DNA of 63,971 nt, counting the filler, from Aduncisulcus paluster (Eukaryota), in NCBI GenBank assembly GCA_024181965.1. It is 4 parts of 4 records of this genome, joined end to end, with 100 filler letters (N's around TTAATTAATTAA, not from the genome) between each part and the next. Parts side by side here need not be neighbours in the genome. Positions count along the whole stretch, not along the records: positions 45,176 to 61,391 come from BQXS01012538.1; 3 more parts are not named here. One strand, written 5' to 3'. Below, piece after piece: positions 45,176 through 56,055 of the stretch; the stretch's first letter is position 1, and every line of letters starts with the position of its first letter. Below the pieces are notes generated by a model. The model saw only the letters and a program-made list of their open reading frames with translations. It did not search any database and was not told the DNA's origin. The position numbers were made by a program, and so were the translations under genes.

Positions 45176-46009
45176 ATCTTGACAGGACATTTCAAGGCAG
45201 AAGTTGCAGAAATCGAGAGAACTTTGGAAATTGGTGCCAAGGGAATTGGAAAACTATCGAGTGAAATGCAGTTAACTTTCAATTTACAGCATTTTAAGGT
45301 GACATCGGACAAGTGTCCAAAAATAGATATTTCATTTTTTGAGGATTATAATAATAATAGCAATACTGTTTTCGCTATGGATAACCAAAGTATGATAGAA
45401 CGCTGCTATGGGAATATTTATTCCGATAATCACTATATCGACCTCTCTATTGATTCTGAGCAAGACGAAACCTCAGAGTCAAAGGTAACAAATTTAAATT
45501 TAAATCTATGGATGAACTCTTTTGAGAATGTCCTAAAAATAGGTAATATTCAACAAGAGGTTTCCTCATTATCCAAATATTCAATGAGTGAAACAATCGT
45601 GAATTCTTTTGTTTTCTATGGGTGGAAATGTTTTGGATGGATTTTGTCAGGAGTTGTCTGTGTTCTCTTGTGGAGTTTTTTTGTAGCAATCGTTTTTCTT
45701 GGAAAGGTAGTGATTACAGAAATGCATCCTTTCCGATTGGATACATTGTGGAACAAAGGTGGGATCAGTTCAATCTTTCGTTTGCTTTGGAACGAATTTC
45801 TTGCCAAAATGATCGGGGCAAAGCCATTAAATGAACTTAAACTGGAAGTTTGTTTGAATGACCATCCGGATGAATTTGTAATATTCTTCTACATGATGAT
45901 ATTTATTTCTTGTCTTTCACTATATCCAATCGCTGCATTAGTGATGTTTCTCATTCCATTGGTGGGATTTGGTTTATTAAACACGGTATTGATCTCCAAA
46001 ATGAAATAA
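45176..46009 (+). CDS. 3' part of a hypothetical membrane protein
   Basis: Frame is open from the contig start, with two or three hydrophobic segments near the C-terminus. Confidence 0.6.
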   Translation: MLTGHFKAEVAEIERTLEIGAKGIGKLSSEMQLTFNLQHFKVTSDKCPKIDISFFEDYNNNSNTVFAMDNQSMIERCYGNIYSDNHYIDLSIDSEQDETSESKVTNLNLNLWMNSFENVLKIGNIQQEVSSLSKYSMSETIVNSFVFYGWKCFGWILSGVVCVLLWSFFVAIVFLGKVVITEMHPFRLDTLWNKGGISSIFRLLWNEFLAKMIGAKPLNELKLEVCLNDHPDEFVIFFYMMIFISCLSLYPIAALVMFLIPLVGFGLLNTVLISKMK

Positions 46010-46225
46010 TCCATGTGAATTAGAAGCGAGATTCCTTCAGAAATCCCTTGATAATAATAAATTCATAACCATGGCTCCAGAGACAATCTATCCATTTCAA
46101 ACTCAATGTCATGTTCCCAACTATCAACTAAGAACCTAATTCCATTCAAATGAACATTATCATGCTTTCCATCCATATTTGAAAAATTTTTCTCATTAAA
46201 TATTAGAAATAATGATTTTTTACCA

Positions 46226-46298
46226 TCCGGCATGGTATAGTTGGTTAGCATGTGACGCTCTCACCGTCAAGACCCGGGTTCGAATCCCGGTGCCGGAA
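46226..46298 (+). tRNA. tRNA-Glu (anticodon CTC), identical to 4090-4162
   Basis: Same cloverleaf sequence, followed by a TTTTTT terminator. Confidence 0.96.
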
Positions 46299-46647
46299 TA
46301 TTTTTTAATTAAAAATTCGAAACGAGGTGATAGGGTTGTAGTGGTGTAAGGGTCACCATATCTGGAATAGGCCTTTTATGGTATAGAGGTCAAACCACAA
46401 GGGTACCACCCACAATTGTTTAATTGTATTTGGTGGAGGCTAGACAATACAAATAACTTTACTCAGTTAATTACTGCTTGAAAAAAAAAAAAAAAAAAAA
46501 GGAAAATGAAGGAAGATGTAAGATAAAGTGGAAAGGAGAGATTGAGTTCTATATCCCCTCAAACAGTATCACGGGCACTCTTCCACAACATTATGAACAA
46601 AGGTATCTTCTTCTGCATCATTACCTGGACCTTCCTCTCACTTAATC

Positions 46648-48729
46648 CTAAATAAGGATCTCTTGTGTTACAATGTCACCATTGAGAGTAGAATTATCAA
46701 ATATTGATATTCCATTCATTGGACTCCTTTCCTTTGTCGAATCGTGATTGTCATTCATCCTTGACCAATATGTCAAGAAACCGAGAATACCAATCACCAC
46801 TACAAAACAGCCCAAAACAACCCACACTATCCATGATGTACTATTATTCTGTGGAATGAAAGTTTCTGGAACAATTCTGCCCAGTCCAACCTGAGGAACA
46901 TCGAAGGATTCCATATATTCTCCATAGGCTGAAAAAGTTGTCGAAGTATCAGAACATGTCGTAAAGAAAGGATATTTCTCAAACATCTCATATCCATCAC
47001 CGCCCTGGGCAAGGTAAGATGATGTTGCAATGTTATACGTTGAGTTGGGATCGATATCAACACAAGAAGTATTTCCAGTGTTGTAAATAACACAATTGGA
47101 CAAAGCCAACAACTCAATATCATCAGTGTCATCGTCAATCTTTGTCTTAGAGTACTCGTAGTACAGTCCAGAGGTCTGTAACATCCTTCCATTGTGGTCG
47201 ACAATGACAGTGCCATCAGTGTAGTTCGATCCAGTTAATCCATGTTTGATAGCTTCAATTAAATCACTCCCACTAACCTCTTGGAGAACCCCAACAGAGG
47301 ATTGGAAAGGAAATACGGTCATTATGTCGCCACGAGTAACGGTTCCAGCTTCCATACTGGCGCGGATACCACCTCCATTCAAAATACCGCAGTCTGGCAC
47401 TGGGATATCATCAAATGTTCTCACTAACACATCATTTCCATATTTAATGGATTGCCTGAGCCGTTGAATATTGATATGTGTGATCTCAGAAGATATATTG
47501 AATGCCTGCCATATCATTGCATCTGCAGTAATATCTCCAAGATTAGTCTCTTGTCCACGTGCATTCTCCCCATCCAAATAATACTCAGACTCGCATACCT
47601 TCTGCTCTAAAAGGTTGTCACTCTCTTCCCTCATTTCGACGAGTTCAGCCTCGATAGTCGGATCAGCGGGGTATTCCTCTTCAAGATATATCGATAATAG
47701 GTTCAATTGACCCTCGGCAATAGTTGTCTGGTGGTTTGTTATGACGTCATTTCCTCCCAACGTTCCATTCAACTCAGTTTCATCAGTGGTGATAGTGAGT
47801 GAAATGGAACCAACATACAGACCTGCCCAATAGGCTTGTGTCACAGGGACATCAGTATCTGGGTTATTCCATGTGGGGTATGGACCACCACACTCATCAC
47901 CACCCGGAAGATCTTGGGATTGGGAGCAATCTCCAAGGAATGTGTGACTGTGGCCACCAATTATAACATCGACAACACCATATAGTCCCGGTGAAAGAGT
48001 ATCCACATCATATTCATATCCAGAATGAGAGAGAAGAATGATACCAGAGAGGAAAGGTTCAGCGAAGTTATCGGGATTGGCAGAAATCTCAGCTTTCATG
48101 TTGGCAACAGCATTCTTCACAGATTCAACGGAATCTAACATGACAGTCCCATCAGGCAAGATAGCAACCTCATCCAAATCTGGAGGAGCGACTCCAGTCA
48201 CACCGAAAACATGTCCATCTCTGTCCGGAATAATGTGGTATTGAGGAACAACTTCGATCAGAGGATTATCATTGGGGAAGGAAATGTTACAATTTACAAT
48301 GGGAAATGGCAATTGAAGAATATAATCATGTAATGTATTTATGGGCAAATCAAATTCATGATTACCAAGAGTTCCAACATCATAAGGAAGATCAGAAAAG
48401 AACTCAACTGTAACAGCTCCATTGGCAATTGTATCATAACTGGTACCTGTGAACATATCTCCAGCATCAAAGAGGAATGGAATAACTCCATCAGCAAGAT
48501 TCTCGGACCATTTTGAATAAAATCCAGCCAGCCTTGAAAAGGACCCATAACAATCAGGATCCTCTCTATCGTCTAAATCACATACAGAAGCATCAGCATA
48601 CGACTCATCTACATGACTATGGACATCATTAGTGTGTGCAATGGCGATTGAGATAGTGGAGGAAGAAACAGCTGTAAAACAGATAAAAATAGCAAGAAAA
48701 TAAATCAATATTATAATAAATCGCCCCAT
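46648..48729 (-). CDS. Membrane-anchored 5'-nucleotidase/apyrase (CD73/UshA family)
   Basis: Signal peptide, metallophosphoesterase motifs HTNDVHSH, DAGD, GNHEFD, LSHSG and GGHSH, C-domain ETNLGD and NGGGIR, GGDGY, then a TM helix. Confidence 0.93.
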   Translation of the reverse strand: MGRFIIILIYFLAIFICFTAVSSSTISIAIAHTNDVHSHVDESYADASVCDLDDREDPDCYGSFSRLAGFYSKWSENLADGVIPFLFDAGDMFTGTSYDTIANGAVTVEFFSDLPYDVGTLGNHEFDLPINTLHDYILQLPFPIVNCNISFPNDNPLIEVVPQYHIIPDRDGHVFGVTGVAPPDLDEVAILPDGTVMLDSVESVKNAVANMKAEISANPDNFAEPFLSGIILLSHSGYEYDVDTLSPGLYGVVDVIIGGHSHTFLGDCSQSQDLPGGDECGGPYPTWNNPDTDVPVTQAYWAGLYVGSISLTITTDETELNGTLGGNDVITNHQTTIAEGQLNLLSIYLEEEYPADPTIEAELVEMREESDNLLEQKVCESEYYLDGENARGQETNLGDITADAMIWQAFNISSEITHINIQRLRQSIKYGNDVLVRTFDDIPVPDCGILNGGGIRASMEAGTVTRGDIMTVFPFQSSVGVLQEVSGSDLIEAIKHGLTGSNYTDGTVIVDHNGRMLQTSGLYYEYSKTKIDDDTDDIELLALSNCVIYNTGNTSCVDIDPNSTYNIATSSYLAQGGDGYEMFEKYPFFTTCSDTSTTFSAYGEYMESFDVPQVGLGRIVPETFIPQNNSTSWIVWVVLGCFVVVIGILGFLTYWSRMNDNHDSTKERSPMNGISIFDNSTLNGDIVTQEILI

Positions 48730-49483
48730 ATATATGGTTTTATATCTTGACGTTGGTCGACTAGTGAGCAAAATGAAATTCATTTAAAAGAATCAATAAC
48801 TTTATGAATATATAAAATAACGCCGATAATTGGACATAATTCTTTCTCGTAATATTTATTTTTTTATATATATGCTTTGAAAAAACAGCGAAACCTCGAA
48901 GAATATTGATCCTTTCTTTATTTATATGACGATTGATGATCTTCTTAGTTTGAGAACAACTGAGTTGATACAGTTCCTCCTCTCTTCTTCACAAGGACAA
49001 TAGGCTTCTCCAATTCCTCCTTCGATATCGATGCATCTCTTTCTTGATCTTTCTGGTCATATTTGCAACGTTGTTACGACTCATCGATTCAACACACACC
49101 ATATGAACTCTCAATTCTTGGGGCCTAATAGCAGTAAAAAGACGTATGCGAAATTAAACATGGATAAATAATATAATAATATTTTGGATGTCGGAATAGA
49201 GCAATTGACAGAGTTTTCTTTGAAATTTTCTATCGCGCCAAATAATCTGAAAAAATGAAATAACTTCGAGAAAAAGATTTAAAGCTCAAATTATATTAAC
49301 ATTATATTGGATGTCTGGTAATATTCTGATTATTTTAACAGGAAAAATGGGAGAAAAAAGTCCCAGGCCAATAAACAATTAATATGAGGGTGTCATAAAT
49401 ATAATGAATTCAGATTTTCTTTATTAACAAAAAATTAAAAAATCTTAAAGGTGAATTATTTGATTTGCCCACGAAAAAATGAA

Positions 49484-52400
49484 ATGCCATTTTGCTGTCA
49501 ACAAAAATACATCATGTTTGTTAAACGGTCACAAACAAATGAAAATCAACCATTAGTGGATAAATCTGATCATGTTTCGTCTTTTTTCGAATTTTCTCTG
49601 GAAGAACCTCTTGTGTTACCTAATCAAGCTTTATTTGACGATAGATTTGTCCCTTTAATAAGAAATCAATTAAAAGAACTTAAAAATGAAGAATTTTCAA
49701 TTCGACAGCTGTTTATTTCTGCGTACCGATATATGATTCACGCAAACAAAGAATCAAAGAGTTCTAAACGGTCAATATTTTTTTATCATGCTTGTACAAT
49801 AACCAGAGATGCTCAAGAAAAGATTGTTGAGCTAAAAGAAAAGTATAGAGTGCTCGTTGTAAAATATCCATGCCGAACAACATTTCTTGCATATGGGCGT
49901 TTTTTATACGTATTTTGTAACGATTATTCTTCAGCTGAGCATGTATTTTCATCAGCCGGTGAGGATTCAGAGACTATTATGTCGTCACTGCCAATACCTA
50001 TCGTGTCAAGCTCTCTTGATTTTGATGGACTTGGAAGGTCCACCCGTGTATTTTTCTGGTTTTTGGCGATTTTATGCCTTATTCCTATTCTTATGATTCT
50101 CATTCCACTTTGGTTTATTATTTTGGACTCCTTTACAGCTCCGAAAACCACGGATGCTTTTGTACATGCCTTTTCTCTTCGAAACACCTTTGTTAACGCA
50201 TTATTAACTGCTCGTTCCCTCCAGCTTTCCGCATATGGACAGTGGGATTATGATGGACACCATCAAGAAGGTATTGAAACAGATTTCTTCAAACAAACCC
50301 AAAACGAGGTCTATTCGTATAGTAAGATGCTAAATGAAGCATTTACAGCCTTCGATAGTAGTCTAGGGACTTACAGTAAGTTGATAAGGAGCCGAGTCTA
50401 CAGTCACATGGAGGAAATGAATACAATCGAATATCAGACCCAAGGATCGGATTCTATTTGTCCAACATACATGTATTCAACGGATGTTACAATATTATCA
50501 GCTCAAAATGACCCTCGTCCATATTTGTACGATCCAAGTTCGTATTTTACCGACGAATATGACCATGGTGTCGAATCCTCATATGTTGCCTTATCTGAAA
50601 CTCAAACAGCCAGTTCAAACTCATCTAATACCATTGCAATCAACAATAGACTCCAGAGCACGTGTCTTCTTATTGAGGATGCTCTTGTATCGCTTTCTCA
50701 TGATGCTGCCCATGTTTTGATAGATCCGGATGCCATTCCCAGTAGCTTGCTCACTATTACATCTAATCTTGCGCCTCCACCCGAATGTAACACAGGGAAC
50801 ACTCGAGAAGCCGAGGATTGTGTCCTTGATTCCACTATATCCACATGTGCGGATGAGAGTGTGTGTACCAATAGTTCTAATCGATCAACGAAGGCTATCT
50901 CATGCAATTGCATGAATGGGGATACTCTTCTCATGATCTCACATATTCCACCATTGTTGGATGCGCTGATACAGTCTGACGATAGCGGGGATAACGATTT
51001 CCTTGTTGGATGCGTTCTAATCCTATGCGTATATCCGATTATCATCCTTCCTTTGCGTGTCAGCATGCTCGTGAAGCTTCCTTATAAATTCGCAAAGCAT
51101 ACCAAGCGACTGTGTCTTGGAGGTAACCATATATCTGGAGCAGCCAGTCGTGGAATCCTTGAGAGTCTTCTGTCAGACCATGAGAAATTCCTCCTCAAAG
51201 ATGAGCAAGAAAATCGACAACAAGAGAAGGAACAGGAAGAAGGGAATTATCATTACCCGAATAGATTGGACCCCCGTATTGTTGAGTCTGGTCGAATGTC
51301 CTCAAGTTCAAGCCCTTCCTATGAACGCTACGATGACGAATATTCATACCAATATCACTATGAGTATGACGTTGATGAGCACGATGAGACTGAAGAACAC
51401 ATTGGAGACGTTACAGAGGATGAGAGATACGCAGAGGAGAGCAAGGAGAGCAAGGAGAGTGGAATCCGGCATTCTAAAGGCGATGAGAAAGAAGGAGTCG
51501 AAGATCGTGATATTGATATTGTTCTTGGGAATGGTACTACTAGGAGCGATGCACAAGACGCAAGTGGTATCACTGGAGATGATGGCGATGAACATGAAGA
51601 TGAGCTCGGCGGTCTTGATAGTCTGCTGTCTCCTTTCGATGCTTTTATAAAGTCCCCAGTGTCTCCGGCATCTATTCATTATGGACCAAACTTACAGCGT
51701 GAATATCACGAGGAACAGACGACTTCTTCATCATCAACCTCTCACGCTGATGACCATGTAATCAATCCAAGATCGTCATCGAAGAAGGGAGATAAGAAGA
51801 GGAAAAGAGAATCACATGATGCCACACACTTTTCACCTCATCAATCATCTACAAGTCCATATTCCAAGTCTGCGTCCCATCCTTCTTCCCACGGGTATTC
51901 ATCAAAGACTGGAAAGAAGAGGCGTCGTAAGGTTCGCTCAAGATCTTCTTCTAAATCCCATAAGACACAGATAACAGCCAAATCATTACCAAAAACCATT
52001 ACTGAGGGTTCCAAACAAAAACAAAGAAATATCACATCTTCGTCTGAAGTCAAGCCAGCCGTTGCAAAAGCAGTGTCGTTTGATTCCAGGGATCTCATTG
52101 AAATTATCGGCAAGGATGATGAAGAGAAGAGGGAGAAATATCTGCTCCCCAATGCAGTGCCCACTCCAATCTCTACGAATCCTCCACCTGCTGTTAAAGC
52201 CCTTGTGTGGCCTTCCCTCGAGGGTGAAATACCCACACACCATGAGAGCCTGACATCATCAAATAACAGGCGGGATAGCCTCGATAGCACTGCTTCTTCA
52301 GTCTTTAGGCAGGGAGGTATAGGTCTTGTCGGTTTCTCTACAACTCCCTATTCACGCCTTACAACTCATTCTGAACACAAGAGCTCTGATGAGTCCAGTC

Positions 52401-55354
52401 ATTCGAGTGATCCACAAGATGTCACCATTGGCACTCGATCTGTTGTTGTGAATCACGGGTATGGATATTCACAAGAAAGAGAAAGGGAAAGGGAAAGGGA
52501 AAGGGAAAGGGACAGGGACAGTAAGAAACATAAATCATGTTCCAATGCCTCTTCCAGACATACCTCCTCTGGTCATCTTGTTGGAGACAGTAGGGAGAGT
52601 GGTTCTCATGTAAATAACCAATGTACAACAACAGTACAAAATACCACAGAGAGTGAGAAGCAACGAATACTACAAGGATCTCCGCATAAATCCACTCATT
52701 CTGTTGAGGATCTCTATTCATCCACTGAAGATTCTTCTTCCTCCTCTGGGTCGTCGAATAAGTCAGATTCATTGGCCGAGGTCGATATTAAACAACTTAA
52801 CAAACCAACATTGACCATTCAGAATGTTCTTCTTGTTCTATTCTTCATTTTGATCACAGTTCTCTGCATATGTTCACTGATATGCACTTCGATTTCGACC
52901 GAATATGATAATACGCGCTCTCAGAAGATTCGGCAAGCCAGATATGCCTTCGAATCCTCTAGTATTATCACTGATATTGCCTTCCTCGCTCGTGAAATTG
53001 TCATATCCCATAGTGCTTATCCAGTCATTGACCCATATGAGTGTGGATACCCGGATTCAACTGAATCATCATCTTCAACAACTTCTAACAACGCCCGGAA
53101 CAGCACAATTCAACATCCATCCGGTGAAATCAACCCTTCTCTTAACAACAATAATAATAATAATTCTACCAATCATATGTCCTATGTCAATAATAAGTCA
53201 AAGGCAAAGGCCAGTTATATTCATGATGCTCTGGCTTCCTCTCAGATATACGGTGGTGCCATGCCAATGGTCGATTCTTTCTTTACTTCTACTTCTCCTA
53301 TCGAATACTGCAATGCTTCTTCATGTACTTATTTCCAGTGTAAACAGCCGTTGAGTTTGATTGGAGCAAAGAATGACAGGCTTTCATATATTATGATAGG
53401 CCTCTCAAAGGGATCTGAGGATCTTGGTCTTATTCCTTACAATGATGACGGAGACAATCAACAGATTGATTACCTGTGGAACGATGATCCGTGTCCTCGC
53501 CTTATCCCTTTTGTTGGACACGCGTGCACATTGCCGCAGAGCTATCCCGATCACTCAAATCTCTTTGAGATGTGGAGCAATCTGAATATTGCCAGTGTTG
53601 TGCATGGAGTGTCTGGCTATTATACTTTGTTCACAGCGGCTGTGGCAGCTTTTGATTTGTTCTCACGGATTGGGTTTGAAGGATTCTTGTGTGTGAAAGT
53701 AGATGCAAATGAAGACTCGCTATTTTCTTCTGAAGATAACACAAATAATTATTATAATAATAATAATCATAATTCTAAAAATAGATTATTCTCAAGTTCT
53801 AAAAATAATAGCTTGATTAATGATTCATCGCTGTATTATCTTTATTCTGACCAGGAGTTGTTTGAACTAAATGTCTGGGAAATGGAATGGAGTGAACGAT
53901 GGTCCCTTGAAGAAGAAAGAATGACGTTGAATGCCTCTTCTCCACTGTATCCTGTACTGTCGAACCAGACTCGTGAAAGAATCCCCAAGTATGAGAAGAA
54001 TCCCATGACTCTTGAGGAATTACAGACCTTTGTTGCATCCCTTAAGTCTGGAATCGATGGAATTCAGCTTGATAAGATCATCGATTTGACACAGAAAGGT
54101 GGTAACGATGTGATTCAATGGAATATATTCTCAAGGTTTCTAACGGAAATCAAGGATTCACTTTCTGAGACTCTAAGCGTTTGTAGCAGAATCCATGCCG
54201 ATATTTTCTCATCAAATCATATTATTTCTAACTCATCTAATGAGTTTTTGATACCTTCAGGAATATTTACAACCATTTTTGGTTCAGTTTTTTATGAAAT
54301 ATTTGGTGTTCTATGGGACATAGGTCAGCACGAAGTCAGTGGAGGGTATGAAAAGCTAGGTCATTTATTTAGACAAGATGCTTTATCCCTTCTCAACAAG
54401 AATGCTGACATTGCCATCATCCTTGTTATCATTGCGTTCACGTTTGCCGTGGGTCTGATCATTCTTTGCCTCTGGATTTACTCCCTTGTATCAACGTTTG
54501 TTATCAACATTACATCCTTCATGCAATCTCTCCCAAGATCTCAAAGGAGAATCATACTATCCCCTGCTCCCCTAATGTTACAGCTGTTTGGAGAAATATC
54601 ACACAATGGAGTCGCATTCACTGGAATCACATTTTGGGGAGTTATTCTTGGAATTCATAGTGAGAAACAGCTTCGGTGTGAGCTTGAAGAGCGGGAAATC
54701 ATAACCCATGGACAGAAGAACTTTGAGGATGATGAGCCAATTGGGCACGGAGCGAGTGGAAATTTCCTTCTTCCCTTTGGTTTCCCTTCTGAGAGTGATT
54801 CAAAAGAGATTCATTCAAAACAGCATCATATTCAAGGAAATACAGCTTCCCAGGGATCTCTGCATGGCGGCATGCATCAACCCCCTGTTGATTCTGTCCA
54901 CTCTCCACACGGTGGTCCTTATCAGACACGGTCTGCAATGCATTCAAAGCTTCGGAAGTTCTCGTACAATGGAATCACCTCCATGGTGCCTCCTGCTACA
55001 CCCCCTGCTGTCCTCGCAGCTGCGATGGCATCTTCTTCATGTGAGCTTGGATGTATGACTGTCTCCGAGAGTGGCATTATCACTGCCGCCAGTGCAGATC
55101 TCTCTTCAGCCCTGCAGTATTCAACCCTCACAGGGAGAAGATTACTTGCACTATTCTCATGCAATGGACCCTGGCCGAGTGCTCTGATGGGCAGTCCCGT
55201 GTCTTGTTTTGGATTACGGTCGAGTGGTGGCAGAGTTCCTGTTAGTTTGGGAGTGGAAGAGCTTCGCGGAAAGAAGAGTATATGGGTTGTCCGTGTGGTT
55301 AGAGATTTAACTCAAACAATGGATATGTCATTTTCAGATATATCTGCACCATAA
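49484..55354 (+). CDS. TmcB-like multi-pass membrane protein with a C-terminal PAS domain
   Basis: YP...FLAYGRFLYVFCNDYSSAEHVF helical motif, two TM-extracellular-TM modules, and C-terminal GCMTVSESGIITAAS...GRRLLALF...GLRSSGGRVPVSLGV...VVRDL PAS pattern. Confidence 0.7.
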   Translation: MPFCCQQKYIMFVKRSQTNENQPLVDKSDHVSSFFEFSLEEPLVLPNQALFDDRFVPLIRNQLKELKNEEFSIRQLFISAYRYMIHANKESKSSKRSIFFYHACTITRDAQEKIVELKEKYRVLVVKYPCRTTFLAYGRFLYVFCNDYSSAEHVFSSAGEDSETIMSSLPIPIVSSSLDFDGLGRSTRVFFWFLAILCLIPILMILIPLWFIILDSFTAPKTTDAFVHAFSLRNTFVNALLTARSLQLSAYGQWDYDGHHQEGIETDFFKQTQNEVYSYSKMLNEAFTAFDSSLGTYSKLIRSRVYSHMEEMNTIEYQTQGSDSICPTYMYSTDVTILSAQNDPRPYLYDPSSYFTDEYDHGVESSYVALSETQTASSNSSNTIAINNRLQSTCLLIEDALVSLSHDAAHVLIDPDAIPSSLLTITSNLAPPPECNTGNTREAEDCVLDSTISTCADESVCTNSSNRSTKAISCNCMNGDTLLMISHIPPLLDALIQSDDSGDNDFLVGCVLILCVYPIIILPLRVSMLVKLPYKFAKHTKRLCLGGNHISGAASRGILESLLSDHEKFLLKDEQENRQQEKEQEEGNYHYPNRLDPRIVESGRMSSSSSPSYERYDDEYSYQYHYEYDVDEHDETEEHIGDVTEDERYAEESKESKESGIRHSKGDEKEGVEDRDIDIVLGNGTTRSDAQDASGITGDDGDEHEDELGGLDSLLSPFDAFIKSPVSPASIHYGPNLQREYHEEQTTSSSSTSHADDHVINPRSSSKKGDKKRKRESHDATHFSPHQSSTSPYSKSASHPSSHGYSSKTGKKRRRKVRSRSSSKSHKTQITAKSLPKTITEGSKQKQRNITSSSEVKPAVAKAVSFDSRDLIEIIGKDDEEKREKYLLPNAVPTPISTNPPPAVKALVWPSLEGEIPTHHESLTSSNNRRDSLDSTASSVFRQGGIGLVGFSTTPYSRLTTHSEHKSSDESSHSSDPQDVTIGTRSVVVNHGYGYSQERERERERERERDRDSKKHKSCSNASSRHTSSGHLVGDSRESGSHVNNQCTTTVQNTTESEKQRILQGSPHKSTHSVEDLYSSTEDSSSSSGSSNKSDSLAEVDIKQLNKPTLTIQNVLLVLFFILITVLCICSLICTSISTEYDNTRSQKIRQARYAFESSSIITDIAFLAREIVISHSAYPVIDPYECGYPDSTESSSSTTSNNARNSTIQHPSGEINPSLNNNNNNNSTNHMSYVNNKSKAKASYIHDALASSQIYGGAMPMVDSFFTSTSPIEYCNASSCTYFQCKQPLSLIGAKNDRLSYIMIGLSKGSEDLGLIPYNDDGDNQQIDYLWNDDPCPRLIPFVGHACTLPQSYPDHSNLFEMWSNLNIASVVHGVSGYYTLFTAAVAAFDLFSRIGFEGFLCVKVDANEDSLFSSEDNTNNYYNNNNHNSKNRLFSSSKNNSLINDSSLYYLYSDQELFELNVWEMEWSERWSLEEERMTLNASSPLYPVLSNQTRERIPKYEKNPMTLEELQTFVASLKSGIDGIQLDKIIDLTQKGGNDVIQWNIFSRFLTEIKDSLSETLSVCSRIHADIFSSNHIISNSSNEFLIPSGIFTTIFGSVFYEIFGVLWDIGQHEVSGGYEKLGHLFRQDALSLLNKNADIAIILVIIAFTFAVGLIILCLWIYSLVSTFVINITSFMQSLPRSQRRIILSPAPLMLQLFGEISHNGVAFTGITFWGVILGIHSEKQLRCELEEREIITHGQKNFEDDEPIGHGASGNFLLPFGFPSESDSKEIHSKQHHIQGNTASQGSLHGGMHQPPVDSVHSPHGGPYQTRSAMHSKLRKFSYNGITSMVPPATPPAVLAAAMASSSCELGCMTVSESGIITAASADLSSALQYSTLTGRRLLALFSCNGPWPSALMGSPVSCFGLRSSGGRVPVSLGVEELRGKKSIWVVRVVRDLTQTMDMSFSDISAP

Positions 55355-56055
55355 TGTGAGAGAGAAAGCAAATATCAAAAATATTTAAATTTAAACTTAA
55401 ATTTATTGCAAAAATCACCCTATTTTGTTTCTAAAAATAATGTAACAAAGATTTACAATTTAAATTTCTTTCTATGTTATTATCGTTGAAATCGATTATA
55501 ACAATGAAATGTGTTATTATAATGCGATTTTAAATGATATAATATTGAAATTATTGTCAATATTTATGAAAAGGGGAAACTAATTTTCGCGAGTTTTTCT
55601 ATGAAACGAAATTGTTCCTTATTTTTCAGTTGATGAGTTAGTTAATATATAAATAAGGATGAAATGCACGGATTTGATGGTGCTAACTCTATTCTTTTCC
55701 CTTTAATTCGCTTTTTTAATAAGGGATGCACGATTCAATCTGTGATGTTAATATTTTCCAATAAATATATCAATGTCCTTTTAGATTCCTTCCACGATGT
55801 CTTCTCGCCCTTGTTATTTTTCCACGATGAACTATAAAACATTTCAAGCAGAAATTCTGGAAATCGCCAAATAGAAAACTTAGGAATATTTCATCTTGTT
55901 ATTTTTTTAGTTGAATGATATAAAAGCAATTTTGTAAGCAAGAAATAAATGATAAAACAATTTTACACCTTTACTTGTTCCCAAGATCATATGGTGCTAT
56001 TTTTCTGTTGAAACCTGTTCATTTCATAAAAATATTATTGTTTTGAACAGTGTAA

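Noticed and set aside
46371..46379. GCCTTTTAT resembling U5 snRNA loop I
   Set aside because: The flanks do not form the U5 stem and the invariant GCCUUUUAC is not matched.
46560..46645. Minus-strand GAGGAAGGTCCAGG resembling RNase P RNA conserved region I
   Set aside because: No complementary P4 partner or conserved region V was found downstream. It lies directly in the nucleotidase 3' flank.
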